Assembly: GCA_902590435.1 (NCBI GenBank)
Contig: CACIWU010000003.1
Location: 1 to 55,712, forward strand
Source of the DNA: an uncultured SAR324 cluster bacterium
GTDB lineage: Bacteria > SAR324 > NAC60-12
Reading direction: 5' to 3'
Length of the DNA stretch: 55,712 nucleotides
Shown one piece after another: positions 9,370-19,158 of the stretch. A program made the translations under genes and the position numbers. Numbering within the stretch: position 1 is the stretch's first letter; each line of letters begins with the position of its first letter. Under the pieces are notes generated by a model that saw nothing but the letters and a program-made list of their open reading frames with translations, had not been told where the DNA came from and did no database searches.

Positions 9370-10176
9370 ATGACAAAAAAAAAATGGGGACAAAACTTTC
9401 TTATTAACCCAAATGTTATTGAATCTATAATTAAGATTGCTAAAGTTAAAATCGGAGATGAAATTCTTGAAATCGGTCCAGGATCAGGGAATTTAACCCA
9501 AGCTTTACTAGACCAACAATCCTATGTTAAAGCAATAGAAATTGATACAAAATGGTGCAAATATTTAACTAATAGATTTAAAAAAGAAAATAAATTTACA
9601 CTCCTTGAAATGGACGTAATGGAGATTTCATCAAATAACTTTTCAAAATTAATACACGGACCTTCAAAAGTAGTAGCTAATTTGCCTTATAATATAGTAA
9701 CTCCACTGCTGTTAAAAATATTACCTATTCGTAAAACTTGGGAATCTCTTACTCTTATGGTTCAAAAAGAAGTTGCAGAGAGAATTTGCGCAAAACCAAA
9801 TTCAGGTAAAACTTTTGGAGCCTTGTCTTTAGTTGGGGAATTAGGATTTGATAGAGAAATTATATCAATTATTACACCAGAAAATTTTAAACCTGTTCCA
9901 AAGGTGGACTCCGCTATAATCAATTTATTCCCTAAAGAATCAGGTCTCAGTAATGAGAGAGAATATTTATTCCTTAAGTGGAGTCAACTTTTGTTTCAAC
10001 AAAGGCGCAAAACTTTGGTCAATGGAATAAAACAACATTTTCCTAATTGGTATAGAACAAGTGGCCACTCTATAAGAAAATTATTTGGTATGAGTCGACC
10101 AGAAAACATAGAATTTGAAGATTGGATGAAGCTATTTAATAATTACTTGAAAAATGAAAATTTTAAAAATTTTTGA
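9370..10176 (+). CDS. rsmA: 16S rRNA m6,2A1518/1519 dimethyltransferase
   Basis: KKWGQNFL, LEIGPGSG, IEID, VANLPYNI, MVQKEVAERI and FKPVPKVDSA motifs. GAGGA RBS upstream. Confidence 0.96.
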   Translation: MTKKKWGQNFLINPNVIESIIKIAKVKIGDEILEIGPGSGNLTQALLDQQSYVKAIEIDTKWCKYLTNRFKKENKFTLLEMDVMEISSNNFSKLIHGPSKVVANLPYNIVTPLLLKILPIRKTWESLTLMVQKEVAERICAKPNSGKTFGALSLVGELGFDREIISIITPENFKPVPKVDSAIINLFPKESGLSNEREYLFLKWSQLLFQQRRKTLVNGIKQHFPNWYRTSGHSIRKLFGMSRPENIEFEDWMKLFNNYLKNENFKNF

Positions 10177-10216
10177 AGTAATATATACACTCTAAAATAA
10201 TGATATTGTAAATTTT

Positions 10217-11656
10217 TTGATGTTAAAGATCTTTATTAAAAAAATTTGTATTTTTTTTATTTTTTATATATTTTTAACAAATATATTAATAGCTGTTGAT
10301 ATAAAAATTTCGCTCGATTTTTCTGGGAATACACCCTTATTCCTTTCAAAAAAACAAATAATAGAGGATTTATCCCAAACAAAAAAAATATTACTAGAAA
10401 ACTATCTACTTAATCCAACTCTTTTTCAATATGGAATAAAATGGGAATCCATATTGCAAAAATCAGCTGAAAAACTTTTAAAAAACAATAATCCTACACT
10501 AACTCACCATTTTCAGGAAGAATTAGTTAGGGCATTAGAGTTTACTGAAGATCCAAATTTAAGAACTGACCTTTTCCAAAAAAAGAGACATTATGTAAAA
10601 AGAGTTGAGCCAAAAGTTGCATTCTATTCAGGCATCCGCCTAGCTCTGCAGAACGAACGTTTAAGAGTTCTTCCAGATATAGGTTTTGCAAAAAAGATTA
10701 TAAATTACTGGTTTACTAATTGTACTTCAGAAAATAATTTTTTATTTCCCATCTTACCCGAAAGACATTCTGAAGATCTTTTTATGCTTGGAGGGCATTC
10801 AAATCGCCAACTAAAACCATTAAAATGTATATTTGAAAATGATTCAGGAGATCAGCAAATAATTAAGGTACCTCTATTTATTAGTGAAGCAGAATTAAAT
10901 GATTCTAAAGTGCCTATTTACGAATACGATGATTCTCAAACACCCTATTTACGCTGGTATAGAGATGGTAGAAGTAATGAAATTGAAGTAAATAATTTTT
11001 ATAAACTGGCTAAGAAATTACGTAAATCAAGAACTCTCATTTTTGATGTACGAGGAAACAATAAAGGGAGTTTTTATTTTATAGAAAAATGGCTCAAAGA
11101 ATATACCAAAAATCATTGGAAAAATGTAATAGTTAAAGAACGACAAACTATTCAAATTTTAAAAGGTTTACTAAATAGAGTACAATGGAATATTTTTAAC
11201 TCTAAAGATCGTTTAATAATAGGTGAGGATCAACTTGAACAAAAACGTTCGCAATTAAATGCACTTATAGAACATTTTAAGGGAAATGGAATTGTCGAAA
11301 AATGGGTAGAGACAAAATTTATTTTCAATGGGAACAAAAATGCTCCAAAATGGAATACTAAACTTATTGTCATAGCTAACCATCATTGTGGAAATGGATG
11401 TCAATTCCTTGCAGCATTAACTAAACAAATCCCAAATGGAATTCTTGTAGGCACTAATACCGGCCCTTTTCCAAAAAATATTTCTGGCCCAATATTTCAA
11501 CTAAAAAATTCCAAAATTTTGCTTTCTTTTAGCCATCGCATACATCTTAATCATCTGGGGAATCCAGTATCTCCTTTAGGTTACATACCAGATTATTGGT
11601 TATTCCCGCCAATGGGAGAAAAAGATATCCAGAGGTTTTCTAAAAAAATAGAATGA
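10217..11656 (+). CDS. Exported protein with degenerate S41 (tail-specific protease-like) C-terminal domain
   Basis: N-terminal hydrophobic signal. LIFDVRGNNKG, LIVIANHHCGNGCQFL, ILVGTNTG and GYIPDY mirror S41 motifs, but the catalytic Ser position is not Ser. Confidence 0.6.
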   Translation: MMLKIFIKKICIFFIFYIFLTNILIAVDIKISLDFSGNTPLFLSKKQIIEDLSQTKKILLENYLLNPTLFQYGIKWESILQKSAEKLLKNNNPTLTHHFQEELVRALEFTEDPNLRTDLFQKKRHYVKRVEPKVAFYSGIRLALQNERLRVLPDIGFAKKIINYWFTNCTSENNFLFPILPERHSEDLFMLGGHSNRQLKPLKCIFENDSGDQQIIKVPLFISEAELNDSKVPIYEYDDSQTPYLRWYRDGRSNEIEVNNFYKLAKKLRKSRTLIFDVRGNNKGSFYFIEKWLKEYTKNHWKNVIVKERQTIQILKGLLNRVQWNIFNSKDRLIIGEDQLEQKRSQLNALIEHFKGNGIVEKWVETKFIFNGNKNAPKWNTKLIVIANHHCGNGCQFLAALTKQIPNGILVGTNTGPFPKNISGPIFQLKNSKILLSFSHRIHLNHLGNPVSPLGYIPDYWLFPPMGEKDIQRFSKKIE

Positions 11657-11783
11657 AATTTTAATACTACTATAAAATTCAATAACTTGAAATACTTAGA
11701 ATTATTTGGGATCATTTCTATTTACAAGAATAAATTAATATTAGTAAGTGAATAACAAAATTTAAACAATTACATTTTTTCAC

Positions 11784-12677
11784 ATGAATATTATTATAAC
11801 TATTTTTAGAGTTCCAATTTTCGTTTTTTTAATAATTCTCAACACTTCTTTCCACGGAACACTTGTTAGTATATGTGCTCCTATCAAGTTTTCTTTTTCA
11901 AATCTAATTTGGAAAAAATTTTGGGAAAGATTATCATACTGGATTGCTGGGGGATTCATAATCACAAATAATTTCCTTTTAAAATTGTTTTTCAAAATAG
12001 AGTGGGATATAGAGGGTCTTGAAAATTTATCTCAAAATGAAACATACCTAGTTATTTGTAACCATCTTTCTTTACTTGACATACCTGTAGCTCAAGGAAT
12101 ATTTTTCAAACAAATTCCTTTTTTACGTTTCTTTATAAAACAAGAACTCCTATGGGTTCCATTTTTAGGACAAGCACTCTGGGCTCTTGAATATCCTATA
12201 ATGAAACGTTATTCAAAAGAAAAATTAAAAAAACATCCTGAATTTAGAGGAAAAGATTTGCATACTGCAATGCGTTCTTGTAAAAAATTAAAAGGTAAGC
12301 CCGTTTCCATTCTAAATTATCCAGAGGGAACTCGTTTCACAAAAACTAAAAAAAATCGTAACAAGTCAATTTTTAATCATTTGCTGCATCCTCGCGCAGG
12401 AGGGATACATACTGTTTTGAACAGTTTGGGTGATCAATTAAATGCATTGCTTGATGTTACTCTGGTTTATCCCGGACATTCATCTCCAAAATTGAATGAT
12501 TTCTTACTTGGAAGAGTTAAAAAAATTGTAGTCAGAATAAAAATATTTAAACTTGGTTTTGATGGTACTCCATCAATTGAAACTATCAGAAGTAAAACAG
12601 GTTCAGCAGAAGTTAGATCTTTTTTAAATGAATTATGGAGAGAAAAAGATTTGTTAATTAGCAAAATTCAAAATTAA
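11784..12677 (+). CDS. Acyltransferase, PlsC/YihG family
   Basis: NHLSLLD (HxxxxD), FFIKQELLWVPFLG, YPEGTRFT and LLDVTLVYP motifs. Confidence 0.88.
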   Translation: MNIIITIFRVPIFVFLIILNTSFHGTLVSICAPIKFSFSNLIWKKFWERLSYWIAGGFIITNNFLLKLFFKIEWDIEGLENLSQNETYLVICNHLSLLDIPVAQGIFFKQIPFLRFFIKQELLWVPFLGQALWALEYPIMKRYSKEKLKKHPEFRGKDLHTAMRSCKKLKGKPVSILNYPEGTRFTKTKKNRNKSIFNHLLHPRAGGIHTVLNSLGDQLNALLDVTLVYPGHSSPKLNDFLLGRVKKIVVRIKIFKLGFDGTPSIETIRSKTGSAEVRSFLNELWREKDLLISKIQN

Positions 12678-12700
12678 CCTCACAAATTTTTAAAATATAT

Positions 12701-13036
12701 TCAGGCAACTAAAGAACCATCTTCAACTTTTTCTGCTGGAGTTAGAAGAACAACATCTTTTTCGTTAGATAAGACGCCAAGGACAAGAACTTCGGATTTA
12801 ATTCCAGCTATCCGTTTGATAGGGAAGTTCACGACACATGGAATTTGCCTCCCAATAAGGCTCATCTCAGTGTAGTTTTTTGTTATCTGAGCAGAACTTA
12901 CTTTGATTCCATATGAACCAAAATTAATTTTTAAAATATATGCGGGAACTTTAGCCTTAGAATTTAACCTTGCTTCTAAAACTGTTCCGACAAGAATTTG
13001 AATTTTTGAAAAATCTTCAAAATATATTTCTTCCAT
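12701..13036 (-). CDS. csaA: Stand-alone tRNA-binding OB-fold protein (CsaA/Trbp111 family)
   Basis: FEDFSKIQILVGTV, SSAQIT, VVNFPIKRIAGIKSEVLVLG motifs. Confidence 0.88.
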   Translation of the reverse strand: MEEIYFEDFSKIQILVGTVLEARLNSKAKVPAYILKINFGSYGIKVSSAQITKNYTEMSLIGRQIPCVVNFPIKRIAGIKSEVLVLGVLSNEKDVVLLTPAEKVEDGSLVA

Positions 13037-13067
13037 TTTTTCTTTATTTAAAAAATATTAAATTACT

Positions 13068-16000
13068 TTAATTGATAAAATTTATCTCTCTCAATAAAGC
13101 CTGAACTGGATGTAATGGACGAAAACCTTCAAAACGCTTAATTTGACTCCGACATGAAAATCCGGTAACCAATATTTTATCTCTTAAATAATGGTTTTCA
13201 GGTATATTTTTTTTCCAACTCAAGTTATAGATTCCTAGTGATTCTTCAAAATGTTCAGTTTCATGACCAAAAGTTCCAGCCATACCACAACACCCTACTT
13301 CTAATATATCCAAAGATAATCCAAATAACCGAAACAATCCCTTCCATTGCATTTGCGATAATTGGGATTCGACTTTTTCAATACAGTGACCCAATAATTT
13401 ATATTCACATAATTTTTTAGAAACTTCATAATTACTTAAACTTGAAGATTTACTCAACAGAAATTCTTGAGGAAGAAAAACTTTAAAATTTAATTGATCT
13501 TTTCCCAAAATTTGAAGGTATTCATCCCGATAGGTTAAAACGATACTAGGATCTATTCCCACCATTGGAATTTCAAAACTTGAAAGATGACTCAGCCATT
13601 TTACATTTTTTTCAGCGACTATCCTAAATTGATCCAAAAAACCTTTTACATGAAGTGGTTTCCCATTAGGATTGAAAGGGGCTAAATAAACTTTAAAACC
13701 AAACTTACATAACAATTCATAAAATTCAATCACAAGGTGTGATTCATAAAATGAAGTGAAGGAATCTTGTAGCAAAATTATACTCCCTTCTAATTCTTTT
13801 GAATTAAGTGAGTTTAATTTTTTTAGATCATTTCTTGTATTTAAAATCCTCAAAAGTCCTTCATTCACCGACTCGGGACTAAAAAGAGGTAAATCTCTTA
13901 AACCTATTTGATTTTGTAAAAATTTGACATTCAATGGCATGTTCAATAAAAAGTTAGCCCATCTAGGAAATTTAGAAAAAACACCACCTATTCTCTCACT
14001 CGAGCCAATCAAATAGTCTTTTAGAGGATGTAAATATCGTGAATGATAAAGATTTAAAAATTTTGAACGTAGTTCCGGAATATTTACATGAACAGGACAC
14101 TGTGTAACACAAGCTTTACAAATCAAACACCCATTCATTGACCTATAAACTTCATTTGAAAAGTCGTATGAACCATTATAATTTCGAATTGTATTAATAA
14201 TTTTTTTTAAAAAAGATTTAATATTTTTAAAACTAAAATAATTTATCTTAAAAACACCATGAATTTGACTTTTAATTTCTTTTTTATTTAAATTATTAAC
14301 TCCTCCATTCAAAGAAATAATCCTAATCCATTCACGAATTAAATTTGCCCTGCCTTGAGGAGAATGTAGACGGTCACGAGTTATTCGAGAAGATGGACAC
14401 ATAACATGATCAACAGAATAATCTCGACACGCCCCATTTCCATTGCAATTAATAGCAGACTCATATTCATTATACAATTGCGGATTTATTTGTTTGTCAT
14501 TGTGGCCTCTCAGAGGCCCTTCTACTGAAACTATAGAATCTTTATTGTTTGAAAAAGGGGTCACAATTTTTCCTGGATTAAGTTTGTTATTCGGATCAAA
14601 TACTTCTTTAATTATCCTCAACTGATCGTATAATTCTTCACCAAAAAAATCTTTTGTATATTCACTACGATAACCTCGTCCATGCTCACCCCACATAACG
14701 CCATTGTACTTTTTAACTAAATTTACTACTTTGTCTGAAAGTTCTCTAATCCATTTTTCTTCTATAGAATTTTTTAAATCTAAAGCAGGTCGAACATGTA
14801 AACAACCTACATCTACGTGTCCGAACATAGCATATTCAATATCATAAGAATCAAGCAATTTTCTGAATTCACTAATGTAGTTTGCTAAATTTTTCTGAGG
14901 CACAACTGTGTCTTCAACAAAAGGCAATGGTTTCCGGTGTCCACTAGTGTTTCCCAAAAGTCCTACACCTTTTTTACGTAGTATCCATATATCATTTATT
15001 TCTTGAGTGTCAGCAGTTAGATAATAACCCGTTGCTTCTCCAAATTCATTTTTTTTGAGATCAATTCTTTTACATAATTTTTTAATTTGTCTTTCCAAGA
15101 TTGTTTTATTATTACCGCATAATTCGATTAAACTAATTGAGCGTGTTGGTCTATTAATTTCCCCGTCCTCAGAAATTTCATCAGCTATAAAATCTTTTAT
15201 TTTTAAGTAAATTTCATCCGTTTTGGCGAGACTGAGAACTTTTTCATCTATTGTCTCAATAGCTACGGGATTATTTTCGAGTAAGTTTTCTGAATCTCTA
15301 AGTGCATCTTCAAAAAGTTCATATTTTACAAGCAAAAGAATTTTGTGTTTGGGTAAAATAGTTAGTTTTAGTTTAGCTTCACTAACAATCGCCAAAGTTC
15401 CTTCTGAACCAGAAAGTAAATAATTCAAATTAAAGATATTCTCCAAATTTCCATAAACTTTGGCCAAATTATAACCAGTCATAAACCTACTCATTTTTGG
15501 GAAAATTTCCTCAATCAAACTTGCTTTATCAGATACAACTTTGTCAACCACTTTAAATATCTTTCCAATAATTCCTGGTTTTTTTTTAAACTTACTTATT
15601 CTTTCAGAATCAAGAGGGAATGAATGCAAAAAGTCTCCATTAGAAAGAATACATGATAATTCCAAAACATGATCACTAGTTCTTCCATAAATTCGAGAGC
15701 CTTTTCCACAAGCATCAGTGTTAATCATACCACCCAAAGTAGCTCGATTACTTGGTGACAAATCAGGAGCAAAAAACATTTTGTAGGGAGCCAGATGTTC
15801 GTTGAGTTGATCAAGCACTACACCAGGCTGCACTCTCACCCAGCCTTCATCGATATTTGTCTCAAGTATTTTATTCATATACCTAGAGCAGTCTAAAACA
15901 ATACCCTCTGAAAGTGACTGACCATTAGTTCCTGTCCCACCTCCCCTGGGAGTGATCTTTATAGTTTCACGAAATTGTTTTTCATGTGAAATTTTAAGAA

Positions 16001-16199
16001 CTTTGCTAATATCTGAAGAATTTTTTGGAAAAACAACTGCTTGTGGCAAAACCTGATAAATACTATTGTCAGTAGAATTAACAATCCGTGTTGCATAATC
16101 ATTCTGAATGTCACCAAGAAAATCACTTTTTCGTAATTTAGAGAGAAAACTTATAACTTCCGGAGAAGAAATTTCATAACAATTAATTTGTGGTATCAT
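13068..16199 (-). CDS. ydiJ: FAD-linked, Fe-S-containing oxidoreductase (YdiJ, D-2-hydroxyglutarate dehydrogenase-like)
   Basis: TDNSIYQ, PRGGGTGTNGQS, RATLGGMINTDACGKGS, GHVDVGCLHVRP, WGEHGRG, CNGNGAC, CLICKACVTQCP and C-terminal CCGMAG and GFSCRSQ. Confidence 0.9.
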   Translation of the reverse strand: MIPQINCYEISSPEVISFLSKLRKSDFLGDIQNDYATRIVNSTDNSIYQVLPQAVVFPKNSSDISKVLKISHEKQFRETIKITPRGGGTGTNGQSLSEGIVLDCSRYMNKILETNIDEGWVRVQPGVVLDQLNEHLAPYKMFFAPDLSPSNRATLGGMINTDACGKGSRIYGRTSDHVLELSCILSNGDFLHSFPLDSERISKFKKKPGIIGKIFKVVDKVVSDKASLIEEIFPKMSRFMTGYNLAKVYGNLENIFNLNYLLSGSEGTLAIVSEAKLKLTILPKHKILLLVKYELFEDALRDSENLLENNPVAIETIDEKVLSLAKTDEIYLKIKDFIADEISEDGEINRPTRSISLIELCGNNKTILERQIKKLCKRIDLKKNEFGEATGYYLTADTQEINDIWILRKKGVGLLGNTSGHRKPLPFVEDTVVPQKNLANYISEFRKLLDSYDIEYAMFGHVDVGCLHVRPALDLKNSIEEKWIRELSDKVVNLVKKYNGVMWGEHGRGYRSEYTKDFFGEELYDQLRIIKEVFDPNNKLNPGKIVTPFSNNKDSIVSVEGPLRGHNDKQINPQLYNEYESAINCNGNGACRDYSVDHVMCPSSRITRDRLHSPQGRANLIREWIRIISLNGGVNNLNKKEIKSQIHGVFKINYFSFKNIKSFLKKIINTIRNYNGSYDFSNEVYRSMNGCLICKACVTQCPVHVNIPELRSKFLNLYHSRYLHPLKDYLIGSSERIGGVFSKFPRWANFLLNMPLNVKFLQNQIGLRDLPLFSPESVNEGLLRILNTRNDLKKLNSLNSKELEGSIILLQDSFTSFYESHLVIEFYELLCKFGFKVYLAPFNPNGKPLHVKGFLDQFRIVAEKNVKWLSHLSSFEIPMVGIDPSIVLTYRDEYLQILGKDQLNFKVFLPQEFLLSKSSSLSNYEVSKKLCEYKLLGHCIEKVESQLSQMQWKGLFRLFGLSLDILEVGCCGMAGTFGHETEHFEESLGIYNLSWKKNIPENHYLRDKILVTGFSCRSQIKRFEGFRPLHPVQALLREINFIN

Positions 16200-16297
16200 T
16201 TGAAAAAAAAATAGTTAAAAAAATTTTTCTGAAAACAATCATTTTAAAAAAAATATTAAACATTAATAAATATAACAAAAAAAATAAGAAAGGGAGA

Positions 16298-17110
16298 TTA
16301 ATTTCTGAATCTTGGAGATCTATTTTGTAGTAATGCCTGAAGAGATTCTTCTAAATCAGACGATAGTAGCATCGCTGCGTTCCATGTGGCCACATATTTT
16401 AATCCATCTTCTACCGAATTATCTCTTGAATGCAATAGGATTTCTTTAACTCCTCTTATTCCTAAAGGAGGCTTTTTTACAATTGTCTTTGCAATCTCTC
16501 TTACGGAAGATATCATTGATGCATAATCAGAATAACATTTGTTTACTAATCCTATTTTATATGCTTCTTCTCCATAAAATGGTCTCCCAGTATATGCCAA
16601 TTCATTAACAATCCCTGGGGCAACTAGTTTAGGTAACCGTTGCAAAGTCCCTACGTCAGCTGCAAATCCAAAATCAATTTCTTTTATTTGATAAAAAGCA
16701 TCGTAAGTTGAAAAACGCATATCACAAGCACAAATTAAATCTAACCCACCTCCAATACATGCCCCTTGAATAGCAGCTATAATAGGTTTTCGACACTTTT
16801 CCAATTGAGTAAAAACAGCTTGGAGTTTCAAAATTTTATTAAGTAAATACTCACGTTTACGACCTTCACATTTTATTTTATCAACTGCTAATCCAATTGA
16901 CTGTAAAAATTTTACATCTATACCAGACGAGAAATTACTTCCAACTCCCTTCAAAATGCATACTCTAACATCTTCATTTTCATCCAATTTCCTAAAACAA
17001 TCTCCCAATGAAAACCATAATTCTTCATCAAGTGCATTAGATTTACCCGGACGATTCAAATTTATCTCTGCAATAAAGGAATCTATATCTATTTTAAGTG
17101 AATTTGTCAT
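16298..17110 (-). CDS. Enoyl-CoA hydratase/isomerase (crotonase family, dienoyl-CoA isomerase-like)
   Basis: LNRPGKSNAL, FSSGID, IAAIQGACIGGGLDL and KEIDFGFAADVGTLQRLP motifs. Confidence 0.9.
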   Translation of the reverse strand: MTNSLKIDIDSFIAEINLNRPGKSNALDEELWFSLGDCFRKLDENEDVRVCILKGVGSNFSSGIDVKFLQSIGLAVDKIKCEGRKREYLLNKILKLQAVFTQLEKCRKPIIAAIQGACIGGGLDLICACDMRFSTYDAFYQIKEIDFGFAADVGTLQRLPKLVAPGIVNELAYTGRPFYGEEAYKIGLVNKCYSDYASMISSVREIAKTIVKKPPLGIRGVKEILLHSRDNSVEDGLKYVATWNAAMLLSSDLEESLQALLQNRSPRFRN

Positions 17111-17111
17111 T

Positions 17112-18017
17112 TTAAATATTTGAATATACTGTCAGAGGTTCTATGTTTGTTGTATCCATTTCTAAATTATTTAGAAAAGATTCTGCTTTCCTCAATTCTC
17201 TTCTAGCTTCTATTTGAAGTTTTTTGTTCAATTCATATTTTTTGAACTGAAAACAAATTTCTTCTGACAATTTTTTATCGTCAAAATTTTTCTTTAGTTT
17301 ATCTAATATTTCAATGCTTTCATTTTCATTCAAGCAATCATGCATTAAAAAACATAAAGGAGACCATAGCTCTTTATTTTTTAATTTTTGTAGAATAATT
17401 TTTTTATCAAAAATAGTTTCCAAATCTTTTTTTAGTTGAAAAGCAATCCCATAATGCTCACCAAACGAAAACAATTTTGATGCTGTTTCATGTGAGGCCT
17501 CACCCCAATATGCAGCACTTTGTGCTCCTGCACCATATAGTCCTGCTATTTTAAGTCTGATGACTTTGTAAAAATATTTAGGATTTGCCAAATAATTTGG
17601 TTTAGATATTTCCAATACTTGTCCACGGGATATATTTTTTGTGGCTAAAGAAACACATTCCAAAATATCTAAATTTCCTAAACGAGTTAAAACCTTAAAT
17701 GATATAGATAGTAAATAATCACCTATCAAAACACTTGCTTCAGAACCTAATATATTTTTTACATACCTCTTATGTAGTCTCGAGTTCTCAAATTCATCTA
17801 AATGTCGATGTAATGTAGAGGCCGTATGCAAAAATTCTAAAGTGGTTCCTACATCAATAATCTTATGATCTGGTTCTCTAAAAAGTTTTGCACATTGAAT
17901 TATAAATAAAGATCTTGAGAAATGATGGTTAGCAAAAAAAATTTGATCGAAAATTTCCCCCAAAAAAGGAATTGATTTCCCTAAATTTTTTTTTAATGCA
18001 TTCTTAATTTTTTCCAA
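17112..18017 (-). CDS. Polyprenyl synthetase (IspB-like) homolog with both aspartate-rich motifs degenerate; probable pseudoenzyme
   Basis: EFLHTASTLH, ASVLIGDYLLS, SRGQVLEI, VIRLKIAGL and YGIAFQL are collinear with trans-prenyltransferases. The FARM reads HRHLDE and the SARM reads KKDLET. Confidence 0.8.
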   Translation of the reverse strand: MEKIKNALKKNLGKSIPFLGEIFDQIFFANHHFSRSLFIIQCAKLFREPDHKIIDVGTTLEFLHTASTLHRHLDEFENSRLHKRYVKNILGSEASVLIGDYLLSISFKVLTRLGNLDILECVSLATKNISRGQVLEISKPNYLANPKYFYKVIRLKIAGLYGAGAQSAAYWGEASHETASKLFSFGEHYGIAFQLKKDLETIFDKKIILQKLKNKELWSPLCFLMHDCLNENESIEILDKLKKNFDDKKLSEEICFQFKKYELNKKLQIEARRELRKAESFLNNLEMDTTNIEPLTVYSNI

Positions 18018-18132
18018 GTTTTATAAACCTTCTATAAATTTTTGATAAATATAATCAACCCATACATTTTATTTTTTCCATAAAAAATATCATTATTACA
18101 ATTGATTAACAAATAATTTACAAATAATAATA

Positions 18133-18951
18133 TTACAATCTTATAATTTCAATAATCAATGAAATTAATGCCAGACCAAATCCAAAAATTGGCCACGCAG
18201 ATATCCATAACGAACGAATAGTTCCCATTTGCCTGAAAAGCAAAAGAAGTGCAAAAACAAACCATGAACTTATTGAAGATCCAAATCGCAAAGTAGCCAA
18301 TAATGATTGATCGTTCTTATTGATTAAAATACCTATCATGATACCAACACTCAAAGTCAAAAAACCACCCATTACTCCTTGCCAACTTAATCTATCCAGT
18401 GTACCAAGTGAAGGGAAGCGAAAACCCATTGATGTTAAAGCTTTCTTTTTTAGATGATGTTCTTGATAAATAAAAATAATACTTGCAACACATGCAACTC
18501 CTAACATAACGTAACTAGCTAAAAGAATAATAATATGTATTACCAGCAAAACTTCGTAAATCCATGTATAATCAGAGAATATTTCTCTTGATTCCAAATT
18601 ATATATAGAAATTAATAGAGACAAACCCAACAACAATATTACAAACAATCGAACAACTATGCTATTGAACAAACTCGGTATACGCCTCGGAAAAACTAAA
18701 ACACCTAACATACATAACCAAGCTGTAATGTTTAAAATATCACTTACAAAAGAAGTTGGCCAAATAGATTTTATCAACAAATTTGCTAATAGAGTTAAAG
18801 TATGAATTAGCCAAGCTATTCTCATCCCGACAAGTTCAAACCATATGGGGAACTTTTTTCCGTGATAAGTTTCAAATGGAGCAACAAAAAGACTAGAAAT
18901 CCAACTGATAATATAAAGAAACAAAGCTAGCCATATCCCTACAATCATCAT
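18133..18951 (-). CDS. Cytochrome c assembly family (CcsA/YpjD-like) inner membrane protein
   Basis: About 8 hydrophobic segments, IHIIILLASY, YQEHHLKKK, FPSLGTLDRL and GFLTLSVGIMIG. No WxWD motif is seen. Confidence 0.72.
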   Translation of the reverse strand: MMIVGIWLALFLYIISWISSLFVAPFETYHGKKFPIWFELVGMRIAWLIHTLTLLANLLIKSIWPTSFVSDILNITAWLCMLGVLVFPRRIPSLFNSIVVRLFVILLLGLSLLISIYNLESREIFSDYTWIYEVLLVIHIIILLASYVMLGVACVASIIFIYQEHHLKKKALTSMGFRFPSLGTLDRLSWQGVMGGFLTLSVGIMIGILINKNDQSLLATLRFGSSISSWFVFALLLLFRQMGTIRSLWISAWPIFGFGLALISLIIEIIRL

Positions 18952-19158
18952 ATTCCTTCTACTTCAGAATTAAATTTATTTACAATTGATTTTTTGCTAA
19001 TCCTAGGTAGATCTTTTGAAGATAAACCAAATTGATTTTTTTTAAAGTTTAACCAAATAAAATATTAAGATAGAAAATAAAATTCTAAATACTTTTACCA
19101 AAATATTGATGAACAGTTTATCTTTGTTGATAAAACCAGTCAAAGTGATTTGAAAAAA

